Assembly: GCA_036303105.1 (NCBI GenBank)
Contig: JAXJBF010000135.1
Location: forward strand, 192 to 64,191
Reading direction: 5' to 3'
Length of the DNA stretch: 64,000 nt
From: Peptococcaceae bacterium
Lineage (GTDB): Bacteria; Bacillota; Peptococcia; Peptococcales; Peptococcaceae
The number at the start of each line of letters is the position of its first letter. Position 1 is the first letter of the stretch. A program made the position numbers and the translations under genes. Positions 37,386 to 45,637 of the stretch are shown here, in pieces. The notes below the pieces were generated by a model. That model ran no database searches. It had not been told where the DNA came from and saw only the letters and a program-made list of their open reading frames with translations.

Positions 37386-37901
37386 ATGTCACATAAGAAA
37401 CAGCTCGTCAGTATCCTTATGCTGTTTGTACTGACCTTCTCAATGGTGCTGCCAGCGGCGCATCCAGAGGAAGCCGAGGCTGCCAATATCTCAATCTATG
37501 TCAACGGCAGTTACCTCAACACCGACCAACCGCCTGTGATCCAGGATGGCCGAACAATGGTGCCATTACGCGCCATTTTTGAAGCCCTAGGCGCCACTGT
37601 AGAGTGGTTCGGCAGTACGCAGACCATTTCAGGCTATGATCCAAAGACCAACCGCATCATGTCCCTGGTCGTCAATCAAAAAACCATGTTCTGCGCCGAC
37701 TATACGCTGTTCCAAGTCTATGAAGCCAACCCAACATCACAGGCCGCCATCGATTTCGTGCTCTCGCATACCAAAGAAATCGACGTGCCGCCGATGATCC
37801 TCAGCGGCCGCACCATGGTGCCGGTCCGCGTCATTGCAGAATCCCTTGACGCCACAGTGTATTGGGACAACGCCTCACGCACCGTCACCATCACGCGATG
37901 A
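37386..37901 (+). CDS. Secreted copper-amine-oxidase N-terminal-like (stalk) domain protein
   Basis: Signal peptide. GRTMVPLRAIFEALGATVEW and GRTMVPVRVIAESLDATVYW repeats. Confidence 0.75.
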   Translation: MSHKKQLVSILMLFVLTFSMVLPAAHPEEAEAANISIYVNGSYLNTDQPPVIQDGRTMVPLRAIFEALGATVEWFGSTQTISGYDPKTNRIMSLVVNQKTMFCADYTLFQVYEANPTSQAAIDFVLSHTKEIDVPPMILSGRTMVPVRVIAESLDATVYWDNASRTVTITR

Positions 37902-37975
37902 CAACACGCTATATACAAAAAACCACGACTCATTTGTGAGCCGTGGTTTTTTATTTTCCAGAGAATGCCCAGTTC

Positions 37976-38608
37976 TTAAAGGGTGCCAAAGATGCGATCG
38001 CCAGCATCCCCCAATCCTGGGACGATGTAGGCGTCATCGTTGAGCACAGGGTCGCATTCTGCGGCGTAAATCTCCACATCTGGGTGTTCCTGATGAAGGC
38101 GGGCAATGCCTGCTTCCGAAGCGATGAGGCAGACAAACTTAAACTGCTTGACGCCATGCTTTTTCAGCGTGGCGATGGCATCGCAGGCCGAACCGCCAGT
38201 GGCGAGCATCGGGTCAACAACAATCACCGTGGCGTCTTCCACGCCAGGCGGCATTTTATAGTAATAAGCTTCTGGTTCGTGGGTCTCCTCGTTGCGCGCC
38301 AGGCCAATATGCCCCACCCGCACAAACGGCAGGAGTTTCTGGAACCCTGGCACCATGCCCAAACCAGCGCGCAGAATCGGCACAATCACCATGCTGTTCT
38401 CATGCACGCGATGGCACTGTGCCGTCGCCAGCGGTGTTTCCACAGCGACGTCATAAGTAGGCAAATCTGCCAACACTTCAAAAGCCATCAAGAGCGACAA
38501 CTCTTCAACGAGATTGCGAAAATCAGCAGTCGACGTGGTTTTATCTCTCAGATAGGAAATTTTGTGATGAATCAATGGATGATCATAAATATGGACGTTG
38601 TCCATCAT
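37976..38608 (-). CDS. upp: Uracil phosphoribosyltransferase
   Basis: HPLIHHKISYLRDKTT..VPILRAGLGM..DPMLATGGS..IVPGLGDAGDRIFGT. Confidence 0.95.
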   Translation of the reverse strand: MMDNVHIYDHPLIHHKISYLRDKTTSTADFRNLVEELSLLMAFEVLADLPTYDVAVETPLATAQCHRVHENSMVIVPILRAGLGMVPGFQKLLPFVRVGHIGLARNEETHEPEAYYYKMPPGVEDATVIVVDPMLATGGSACDAIATLKKHGVKQFKFVCLIASEAGIARLHQEHPDVEIYAAECDPVLNDDAYIVPGLGDAGDRIFGTL

Positions 38609-38634
38609 GCGGCCCCCTTGCCTGTTGGTCGTTC

Positions 38635-39870
38635 TTATTCGTAGAGTGGATAACGGTCGGTGATGGTTTTTACCATCGCTTTGCCCTTTTCTGGGTCCTT
38701 GTCAACAAGAATCACCTTCATGATTTCAGCCAGTTCACGGAAATCGTCTTCCTTGAGGCCACGGGTGGTGGCAGCTGGTGTACCAAGACGGATGCCGCTG
38801 GTTACGGTTGGCTTTTCGGTGTCGAATGGAATGCCGTTCTTGTTGCAGGTGATGTTGCAGTCATCGAGCGCTTTTTCGGCTTCAGCACCAGTCAGGCCCA
38901 TGGACTTCACATCCACCAAAAGCAGATGGTTGTCGGTGCCGCCGCTGACGAGACGGAAACCAACATTCTTCAGTGCTTCAGCAAACGCCTGTGCGTTGCG
39001 CAGCAGCTGATCGATGTATTCCTTGTATTCTGGCTGCAGCGCTTCACCCAAAGCAACAGCCTTGGCAGCAATGATGTGCATGAGTGGACCGCCCTGAGCG
39101 CCAGGGAATACGGACTTATCGATGGCTTTGGCCAGTTCTTCCTTGCAGAGAATCATGCCGCCGCGTGGCCCGCGCAGGGTCTTGTGGGTGGTGGTGGTAA
39201 CGATGTCGGCATAGTCCACTGGGTTTGGATGACGGCCAGCTGCAACAATACCGGCGATGTGTGCCATGTCCACCATCATCAGCGCGCCACACTTGTCGCA
39301 GATTTCGCGAATGCGGGCAAAATCAATGATACGTGGGTAAGCGCTGGCACCAGCCACGATGAGCTTAGGCTTCACTTCCATGGCTTTGGCTTCCATAGCA
39401 TCGTAATCGATGGTTTCAGTGTCAGGGGAGACGCCGTATTCTTCAAAATGGTAAAGCTTGCCGCTGAAATTGACGGAAGAACCGTGGGTCAAGTGACCGC
39501 CGTGTGCCAGATTCATGCCCAGCACCGTGTCGCCAGGTTTCAGCACTGCCTGATAAGCAGCGTAGTTGGCCTGGGCGCCGCTGTGTGGCTGTACGTTGGC
39601 ATGTTCAGCACCAAAGAGCTTTTTGGCGCGTTCGCGTGCCAAATCTTCGACAACATCGACGTATTCGCAGCCGCCATAATAACGCTTGCCAGGATAGCCT
39701 TCAGCGTATTTATTGGTCAGGCAGGAACCTTGTGCAGCCATCACAGCACGGCTGGCAAAGTTTTCAGACGCAATCAGCTCGATCTTATCGCGCTGACGCT
39801 GTAATTCATTAGCAATGGCTTCGGCCACAGCAGGATCCTGTGGCGCGAGGAATTCAGTGATATCACTCAT
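38635..39870 (-). CDS. glyA: Serine hydroxymethyltransferase
   Basis: [36 protein letters not shown]. Confidence 0.95.
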   Translation of the reverse strand: MSDITEFLAPQDPAVAEAIANELQRQRDKIELIASENFASRAVMAAQGSCLTNKYAEGYPGKRYYGGCEYVDVVEDLARERAKKLFGAEHANVQPHSGAQANYAAYQAVLKPGDTVLGMNLAHGGHLTHGSSVNFSGKLYHFEEYGVSPDTETIDYDAMEAKAMEVKPKLIVAGASAYPRIIDFARIREICDKCGALMMVDMAHIAGIVAAGRHPNPVDYADIVTTTTHKTLRGPRGGMILCKEELAKAIDKSVFPGAQGGPLMHIIAAKAVALGEALQPEYKEYIDQLLRNAQAFAEALKNVGFRLVSGGTDNHLLLVDVKSMGLTGAEAEKALDDCNITCNKNGIPFDTEKPTVTSGIRLGTPAATTRGLKEDDFRELAEIMKVILVDKDPEKGKAMVKTITDRYPLYE

Positions 39871-40132
39871 TGGAAGACCTTCTTTCTCTTTTTTTGGATT
39901 GTGTTTTCATTATAGGCTACCTGTCCCAAAAACCCAACCTTCCTTTATTGTAGAACCTATAAAATCTAGTAATATCATCGGAAAAACACAAAAAAACCGC
40001 GCCTTTTGCAAATTTACATACCAGTCAAGAGCATAGCATCCAACTGCTGTTTTCATGCAAACATCTTACAAATCACATTACGCTCATGTGCAGTCAAAAC
40101 AAGTTGCATCATATCTATACAAAGCCTCAAAC

Positions 40133-40167
40133 AAAAATCGATCGGCAAAACAACCGACCGATTTTTG
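40133..40167. terminator. Terminator ending the azlCD-containing array
   Basis: ATCGATCGG/CCGACCGAT with flanking A- and T-runs. Confidence 0.65.
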
Positions 40168-40275
40168 TTTGAAGGCATTCCATGTGTGCTCCCCTTTGAT
40201 ATTTACAAATGGCACATTGAATATATGGATGCATGGTATCAAAAACCTAATGCCATGTATTACTCTACCTCTAAA

Positions 40276-40602
40276 TTAAAAAACCATCTGCACAAGCAGC
40301 ATGTAGCAAATTGTTCCCCCGGCAATAGATAAAAGCATTTGTTTTTTCCAACGATGCAAAACAACGACAAGGGCAATCGAAATGAATTCTGGAATACCGT
40401 GGCTGCCTGCGAACAGACTGACATTTTTCAGACAGTAAATCACCAATAGGCCGAACACAGCAGCTGGAAGCACTTTTCCAAGGTATTGAATGTATTTCGG
40501 GGTGGGTTTGCCCGCCGGGAACAACAAAAACGGTACAAATCTTGTCAACATGGTAGCCACGACAATCGTAGCAATCGTAACAATCTGTTCCGCTAGTGTC
40601 AT
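40276..40602 (-). CDS. azlD: Branched-chain amino acid exporter small subunit AzlD
   Basis: 108-aa hydrophobic protein. 4-nt overlap with azlC. Confidence 0.8.
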   Translation of the reverse strand: MTLAEQIVTIATIVVATMLTRFVPFLLFPAGKPTPKYIQYLGKVLPAAVFGLLVIYCLKNVSLFAGSHGIPEFISIALVVVLHRWKKQMLLSIAGGTICYMLLVQMVF

Positions 40603-41315
40603 TCTTCTACACCACCTTTCTCAATTGGTTTGCGCAGGAGTGTCAGCACAGCGAGAATCGCCAGCATGGCGGGGATAATAAAATGATCTGCGCCAAAAGC
40701 AATCAGGCATACAAGGGATAACCCGATACCCAGCAATGCGCTGGTATGCTTCTTATCTTTCATCCATTGTTCCATGAAAATGACAACGAACATGGCAGTC
40801 ATCACAAAGTCAAGGCCCTCGGTATTAAAATGGATCAATGCGCCAAATATACCACCTAACGTTGCGCCGGAAAACCAATAAAAATGATTCAGCAAAGTAA
40901 CAAAGAACATAAACCACCCACGATCGACATTCTTTGGAATCTCCGCAGTGTAATTGATGGAAAAGCTCTCATCACACATTCCGAAAATCAGGTAAAACTT
41001 TTTCCAACCGGTTCCTCTGTATTTATCCAGCATGGAGACCCCGTAAAACAAATGCCGGGCATTGATCATCAGCGTCATGGCAAATGCCTGTAAGGGATTA
41101 AACGCACCCAACAGCATATTCACGGCTACAAACTCAACAGATCCAGCAAAAATTGTCAGGCTCATGAACATCGGATACAAAAAGGAGAAGCCGGACACAT
41201 TCATGTAGATGCCATAGGTCAGTCCAAGAAACCAAAAACCGGCAAAAATTGGAATCGTATGAGGGAAGGCGGCTTTGAGAGCCGGAAACCATTTGGTTTG
41301 TTGTAAATGATCCAT
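40599..41315 (-). CDS. azlC: AzlC-family branched-chain amino acid exporter
   Basis: AzlC-like polytopic protein. Starts 1 nt after the sirtuin stop. Confidence 0.85.
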   Translation of the reverse strand: MDHLQQTKWFPALKAAFPHTIPIFAGFWFLGLTYGIYMNVSGFSFLYPMFMSLTIFAGSVEFVAVNMLLGAFNPLQAFAMTLMINARHLFYGVSMLDKYRGTGWKKFYLIFGMCDESFSINYTAEIPKNVDRGWFMFFVTLLNHFYWFSGATLGGIFGALIHFNTEGLDFVMTAMFVVIFMEQWMKDKKHTSALLGIGLSLVCLIAFGADHFIIPAMLAILAVLTLLRKPIEKGGVEE

Positions 41316-41316
41316 C

Positions 41317-42201
41317 TTATCCTCCCATGCGTTTCAGCAGCTGCTTTATACATTCGCCAATGTCACTGTCCATGCAAATCGACTGGTGCTCGATCTCTTT
41401 TGGGCAAACCGCCTGGCCGTAATTGAGACAGGCATAAATAGCTCTGGAGTTTCTCGCTGTCATTTGCCAAAACGGATATTTGATAATGACAGGCGTGTTA
41501 TACCCTACGCCAAGTTCCAGAAACAAAATGCGCTGGCCGTTTCTTGTCTGTAAAAAGTTTTCGTAGCGTTCTGCTGCCCGGTTCCACCCTTCGCCCTCCA
41601 CAAATGTATCATCGGAACGTAGATTCATCGTCAGTGGTTTCCCGCAGTGGGGACATTGGGGAACAAGACCCGAGGGGATTCTCATGTCTTTTTGCGTCTC
41701 CACCATACGGCGGACAGCGCCTTCATTATCCCAGGTTTTCTGACAGCAAGGCTCAGAACACTGAAACAGTCCGTAATCTCCCTGGGTATAAAAAAGGCGC
41801 TTCTTATCAAAGCCGGCTTTCTGAAATTGGTGGTCTACATTGGTTGTGATAACGAAATAGTCCTTCTCCCTGACAAGGGACAGAAGAGCGTTGTATACGC
41901 TTTTCGGTGCGCTCATATAACGGTTGACATAGATGTATCGGCTCCAGTATGCCCAAAACTCTTCTGGTGTGTTGTAAGGATAGAAACCACCGGAATACAT
42001 ATCGTGAAACCCGTATTTCTCCTCGAAATCAGAAAAATACTTTTTGAAACGCTCACCATCGTAGACAAACCCCGCCGAAGTTGACAGACCTGCACCAGCA
42101 CCGATCACAAGGCAATCCGCATTTTCAATGGCTGCTTGCAGCCGTTCCATTTGATTCGAGTAATTTTCGATAGATCTTGTAATCGACATCCTTGAAAACA
42201 T
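41317..42201 (-). CDS. Sirtuin, class-M-like (second copy)
   Basis: Roughly 65% identical by eye to 6606..7472. Same GAGAGLSTSAGF, TTNVDHQF, FYTQGDYG motifs. Start set at the shared MFSR. Confidence 0.8.
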   Translation of the reverse strand: MFSRMSITRSIENYSNQMERLQAAIENADCLVIGAGAGLSTSAGFVYDGERFKKYFSDFEEKYGFHDMYSGGFYPYNTPEEFWAYWSRYIYVNRYMSAPKSVYNALLSLVREKDYFVITTNVDHQFQKAGFDKKRLFYTQGDYGLFQCSEPCCQKTWDNEGAVRRMVETQKDMRIPSGLVPQCPHCGKPLTMNLRSDDTFVEGEGWNRAAERYENFLQTRNGQRILFLELGVGYNTPVIIKYPFWQMTARNSRAIYACLNYGQAVCPKEIEHQSICMDSDIGECIKQLLKRMGG

Positions 42202-42320
42202 TAAACAGCACCTCCATTTCACTGTGCTCTTACCGCAGATGGTTTTTTGCAGTGGCTACGGCAATTTTTGAAGCAAGTAAATGCTCTTTCTGAGGGCATC
42301 GTATCGTCCCCTGTTTTTTG
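42125..42320 (-). pseudogene. Decayed 3' remnant of a macrodomain gene
   Basis: Reverse translation gives ..LLASKIAVATAKNHLR*EHSEMEVLFNVFKDVDYKIY.. versus ..AAEIAVQTVKDFKSQTHSEIEVIFNVFKDIDYKIY in gene 7417..8196. In-frame TAA at 42230-42232. The 5' part is replaced by the nitroreductase gene. Confidence 0.55.
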
Positions 42321-42322
42321 AT

Positions 42323-42901
42323 TTATTCAATGATTCTGCTTCTGTTTGCTTTTCTCGGTTTTGCAGCTGGATATTCGCCTTTGCAGTATCCCAGCAAAAC
42401 AAAACAGCACGCCACATAATTTTCGGGGATGTCCCATTCTTTCAGCAAAGCAGCACCGATCTCATTAGCAAAGGTTTCCTCGCCTCTTGCCACGATGCAG
42501 GAGGAAACCCCAAGGGCGGCGGCAGCCAAAACCATATTTTCTGCGCAGCAGAAGGCGTCCGGAATGCTGTACAGAAAATTTTTGGGTCCGAAGATCACGC
42601 ATACGGCAGGCGCACCGTAAAATCCGCTTTTCATGGACGGATCATCGATAATACTCGGCTGATCTTTGGAAACATAGCTTCCTGCCAATCTTGAACGGTC
42701 AAACCGGGCAATGTTTAATTTGCCGATTTTTTCGGCCAGTTCCGCATTCCGTATGCCGACGATCTTGCTTCGCTGTCCGCCCCCGGCATTGGGGGCATAC
42801 AGTCCGGCTTCTATGATGGCTTCCAGGGTTTCCCGGTCTACCTGCTTTTCTTCGTACCTGCGGATCGAGCGGCGATGCTTCATCAGTTCCAGAATGTCCA
42901 T
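42323..42901 (-). CDS. Nitroreductase-family (FMN) oxidoreductase
   Basis: RRSIRRYEEKQV..LYAPNAGGGQ.. family pattern. Confidence 0.85.
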   Translation of the reverse strand: MDILELMKHRRSIRRYEEKQVDRETLEAIIEAGLYAPNAGGGQRSKIVGIRNAELAEKIGKLNIARFDRSRLAGSYVSKDQPSIIDDPSMKSGFYGAPAVCVIFGPKNFLYSIPDAFCCAENMVLAAAALGVSSCIVARGEETFANEIGAALLKEWDIPENYVACCFVLLGYCKGEYPAAKPRKANRSRIIE

Positions 42902-42902
42902 C

Positions 42903-43538
42903 TCATTTACACCCCTTTTCGTCCCCGTGTGAGACTTTCAGGTTTTTGAAAAATCCCTCGGTGCCAATATCCACAAAAAGCGCAATGCTGCCCTTGGCAT
43001 CTGCTCGGCCTTTCATGTCCTCCACACTGAGGACATTTACGCCGTTTGTATAGAGCTTGCCCTGCGTACCGTCTACCTCGATCCTAACGTGAATCCACTC
43101 GTCCAGGCCAATGTCCGCGGGGGCCTCGTATTTTGTAATGCCCTTTGCCCGGAAATACGCAAAGGTATAGTTGGGATAGGAGAAGTACTCAACGGCATGG
43201 GCGCGCCGTTCGGGGTCATCACATCTTCCGTTGGCCGGGCGGAGATAGAAGCACTCAAACGGTCCGTCGCTTTCCGGCACGCGAAACGCAATCCCGATGA
43301 AGCCTCGGGCAAGATCCGGCGCATCCGGTAGAATACGGCTGCACACATCCACTTCAATCACACCGTTGTGAAAGTCGCAGTCAGGTACAACGGCACAGCT
43401 TCTCAGACCATATTCATTCTCCCTCACGTTCTTGACAACCCGGACAACCGGCTCTCCGTCAAGAATGACGTCACGCACAGCGACAAGGCTGGGTAATAGC
43501 GTTTTTTGGTTTATTAAAATCGGTTCTAAAATCTCCAT
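42903..43538 (-). CDS. Concanavalin-A-like lectin/glucanase-fold protein (DUF1080/LamG-like), no signal peptide
   Basis: FHNGVIEVDV..GFIGIAFRV..WIHVRIEVDG..LYTNG pattern. The ATG shares one base with the rSAM stop. Confidence 0.5.
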   Translation of the reverse strand: MEILEPILINQKTLLPSLVAVRDVILDGEPVVRVVKNVRENEYGLRSCAVVPDCDFHNGVIEVDVCSRILPDAPDLARGFIGIAFRVPESDGPFECFYLRPANGRCDDPERRAHAVEYFSYPNYTFAYFRAKGITKYEAPADIGLDEWIHVRIEVDGTQGKLYTNGVNVLSVEDMKGRADAKGSIALFVDIGTEGFFKNLKVSHGDEKGCK

Positions 43539-44572
43539 TACTTTATCTCCTTCCAACATTGGGGGTCTGGGCTGTAAAAATCGCCGTTGGTGCCTTTTGC
43601 AACCGCCGGACAGCCCCGGCAATAGGCCAGCAGCTCACATTTGGCGCATTTTTCAAACTTGGTATAGTCGCGGTATGCCTCTATCTGGCAAACCCACACA
43701 TCTGCCAGACGATCCTGAAATACGTTTCCCACCTTGCTCTCTGCCACCCGGCGGCAGGCATACACATCCCCTGTGGGAAGAATGGTAATGTGGCAGTTGC
43801 CGCAGTTGCAGCCACCGTAAATTACACCTTCCTCTGCGGAAGCAGGAATCTGGAACTCCCCGGTTTCATACTCATACAGTGTCCAAAGATGGTCTTTTTT
43901 GTTGAAGTAGGTATTACAGCCTTCCGCTTCGTATTTTTTGAACTTCTGATCGCACACGGTAAGCAGATCGCGGTATTCCTGCGGTGTCATACTGGCATCC
44001 AGATCCCCGCCGCTGGGAACATACCGGGAAAAAGCAAACACATTGGCGCCGGCTTTTACCACCGCGTCAATAATGCCCGGCACTTCCATGCGGTTTGTTT
44101 TGGAAACCGTTGTCATGATCACGCTTCGGATGCCGGCACGGTTGATGCAGCCGATTTTTTCCAGCGTACAGTCATAGGAGCCGGGCTTGCGGAACCAGTC
44201 ATGGGTTTCACGAAGGCCGTCAATGGAAAGCTGATATTTTTCGCAGCCGTAATGTTTCAGTTCGGCGCACACCTGATCGTTCAGGTGGAATGGATTTCCG
44301 AGAATTGTAAAAGGCACTTTGTGTTCATGCAGCAAATCCAATAAGTGCCAAAAATCAGGGTGCAGAATTGGATCGCCGCCTGTAATATAGAAATACGGCA
44401 GGCGATGATACACTTTGCAAAAGTCCAGGCAATTGTAAAAAGTGTCTTCCATCTGCTTCCAGGTCATGGAATCGATCTTTTTGCAGGCATCACTCGAAAA
44501 AATGTAGCAATGTTTGCACCGCTGATCACATTCATCCGTGATGTGCCACTGAAAAGAAAAATACTGCCTCAT
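43538..44572 (-). CDS. Radical SAM/SPASM peptide maturase (ACGX-system type)
   Basis: CDQRCKHC CxxxCxxC motif. C-terminal Cys-rich SPASM region (GGCNCGNC..CAKC..CRGC). Confidence 0.85.
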   Translation of the reverse strand: MRQYFSFQWHITDECDQRCKHCYIFSSDACKKIDSMTWKQMEDTFYNCLDFCKVYHRLPYFYITGGDPILHPDFWHLLDLLHEHKVPFTILGNPFHLNDQVCAELKHYGCEKYQLSIDGLRETHDWFRKPGSYDCTLEKIGCINRAGIRSVIMTTVSKTNRMEVPGIIDAVVKAGANVFAFSRYVPSGGDLDASMTPQEYRDLLTVCDQKFKKYEAEGCNTYFNKKDHLWTLYEYETGEFQIPASAEEGVIYGGCNCGNCHITILPTGDVYACRRVAESKVGNVFQDRLADVWVCQIEAYRDYTKFEKCAKCELLAYCRGCPAVAKGTNGDFYSPDPQCWKEIK

Positions 44573-44622
44573 GTTCTTTTTACCTCGCTTTATATTAAAT
44601 CGGTTTCACCGAGCTATACTTC

Positions 44623-44655
44623 AAAAATTCCCGACGAGAGAGTGCTCGCCGGGAA
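44623..44655 (-). terminator. Attenuator-type hairpin between precursor and maturase
   Basis: TTCCCGGCGAG/CTCGTCGGGAA (one mismatch) followed by TTTTT on the minus strand. Confidence 0.6.
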
Positions 44656-44682
44656 TGGTTTTAGGAACCAAGCGCTTGAGAT

Positions 44683-44865
44683 TTATTGATCCCCAGCGCC
44701 GCAGGCTGAACCGCAAGCAACAGGTTTTTCTTCTGACTTATCAGAAGCACCGCAGGCAGAACCACAAGCGGCAGATTTTTCTTCCGGCTTATCAGAAGCA
44801 CCGCAAGCAGCAGCAGGAGCAGTTTTCTCTTCCTTGTTCCATCCAAACAAATTTGAAAGTGCCAT
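44683..44865 (-). CDS. ACGX-repeat precursor peptide
   Basis: MALSNLFGWNKEEKTAPAAACGASDKPEEKSAACGSACGASDKSEEKPVACGSACGAGDQ. Five Cys, all in an ACG(A/S) context. GGAGGA RBS. Confidence 0.75.
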   Translation of the reverse strand: MALSNLFGWNKEEKTAPAAACGASDKPEEKSAACGSACGASDKSEEKPVACGSACGAGDQ

Positions 44866-45119
44866 GGTTGTTTCCTCCATATCATTTATTCAGGGAAATG
44901 CTTTCCCTCTGTGGTTCTTATTGTACGGAGACTTTTTTCTCGCAACAAGTACGCACTTTTTTATAACCCAGTCACCTTTTTATAACCTTTGCGCTGTAAC
45001 GAGGAAATCGGACGAAAATTTTATAATATTTGCTCCTACTATTGCTGCAAAAGTAAACTTAAATTATAATTTGATGTAACATTCAATTATGATCTAACAT
45101 GCATTTGGAGGTGTTGCTT

Positions 45120-45467
45120 ATGCGAACAAAAGCAGAATTACCGGAATGCCCAGTTGCAACAACCGTACAGCTAATCGGCAACAAATGGAAACTACTGATT
45201 ATAAGAAATCTTCTTCACCGGCCATGGCGGTTTAACGAACTCAAAAGAGATCTGGACGGAATCAGTCAAAAAGTATTGACCGACAGTCTGCGTTCTATGG
45301 AGAAAGACGGAATCATCACCCGTACAGTATATCCTGAAGTACCACCACGAGTAGAATATGCACTAAGTGAATTGGGAGAGACCATGAGACCCATTCTTGC
45401 TTCCATGGAACAATGGGGAACAGATTACAAAGCTTCATTGACACAAAATAATATCGATCCAAAATAA
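45120..45467 (+). CDS. HxlR-family winged-helix regulator
   Basis: CPVATTVQLIGNKWKLLIIRNL..PPRVEYALSELG. Confidence 0.85.
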   Translation: MRTKAELPECPVATTVQLIGNKWKLLIIRNLLHRPWRFNELKRDLDGISQKVLTDSLRSMEKDGIITRTVYPEVPPRVEYALSELGETMRPILASMEQWGTDYKASLTQNNIDPK

Positions 45468-45518
45468 AAGCACAAGGAAGCAATGCTTTCTATCATTGCT
45501 TCTTTGTGCTCAGACTGT

Positions 45519-45557
45519 AAAAACCTATCTTGGCAAAAATGCCAAGATAGGTTTTTC
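45519..45557. terminator. Bidirectional terminator
   Basis: AACCTATCTTGGC/GCCAAGATAGGTT with A- and T-runs. Confidence 0.7.
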
Positions 45558-45637
45558 TTCATTTGTCGCTTCTGTTGATGACATTTTCAACAAACTAAAG
45601 CGCCTGCTTTCCCAAAAAGAAAACAGGCGCTCTGTCT

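Noticed and set aside
38575-39804. 409-aa + strand ORF
   Set aside because: It is antisense to glyA, whose identity is unambiguous.
39871-40275. Riboswitch (ZTP/pfl, glycine or T-box) upstream of glyA
   Set aside because: I looked for the conserved ZTP, glycine and T-box cores on the minus strand and found none. Only a plausible TTGGGT-17-TATAAT promoter is present.
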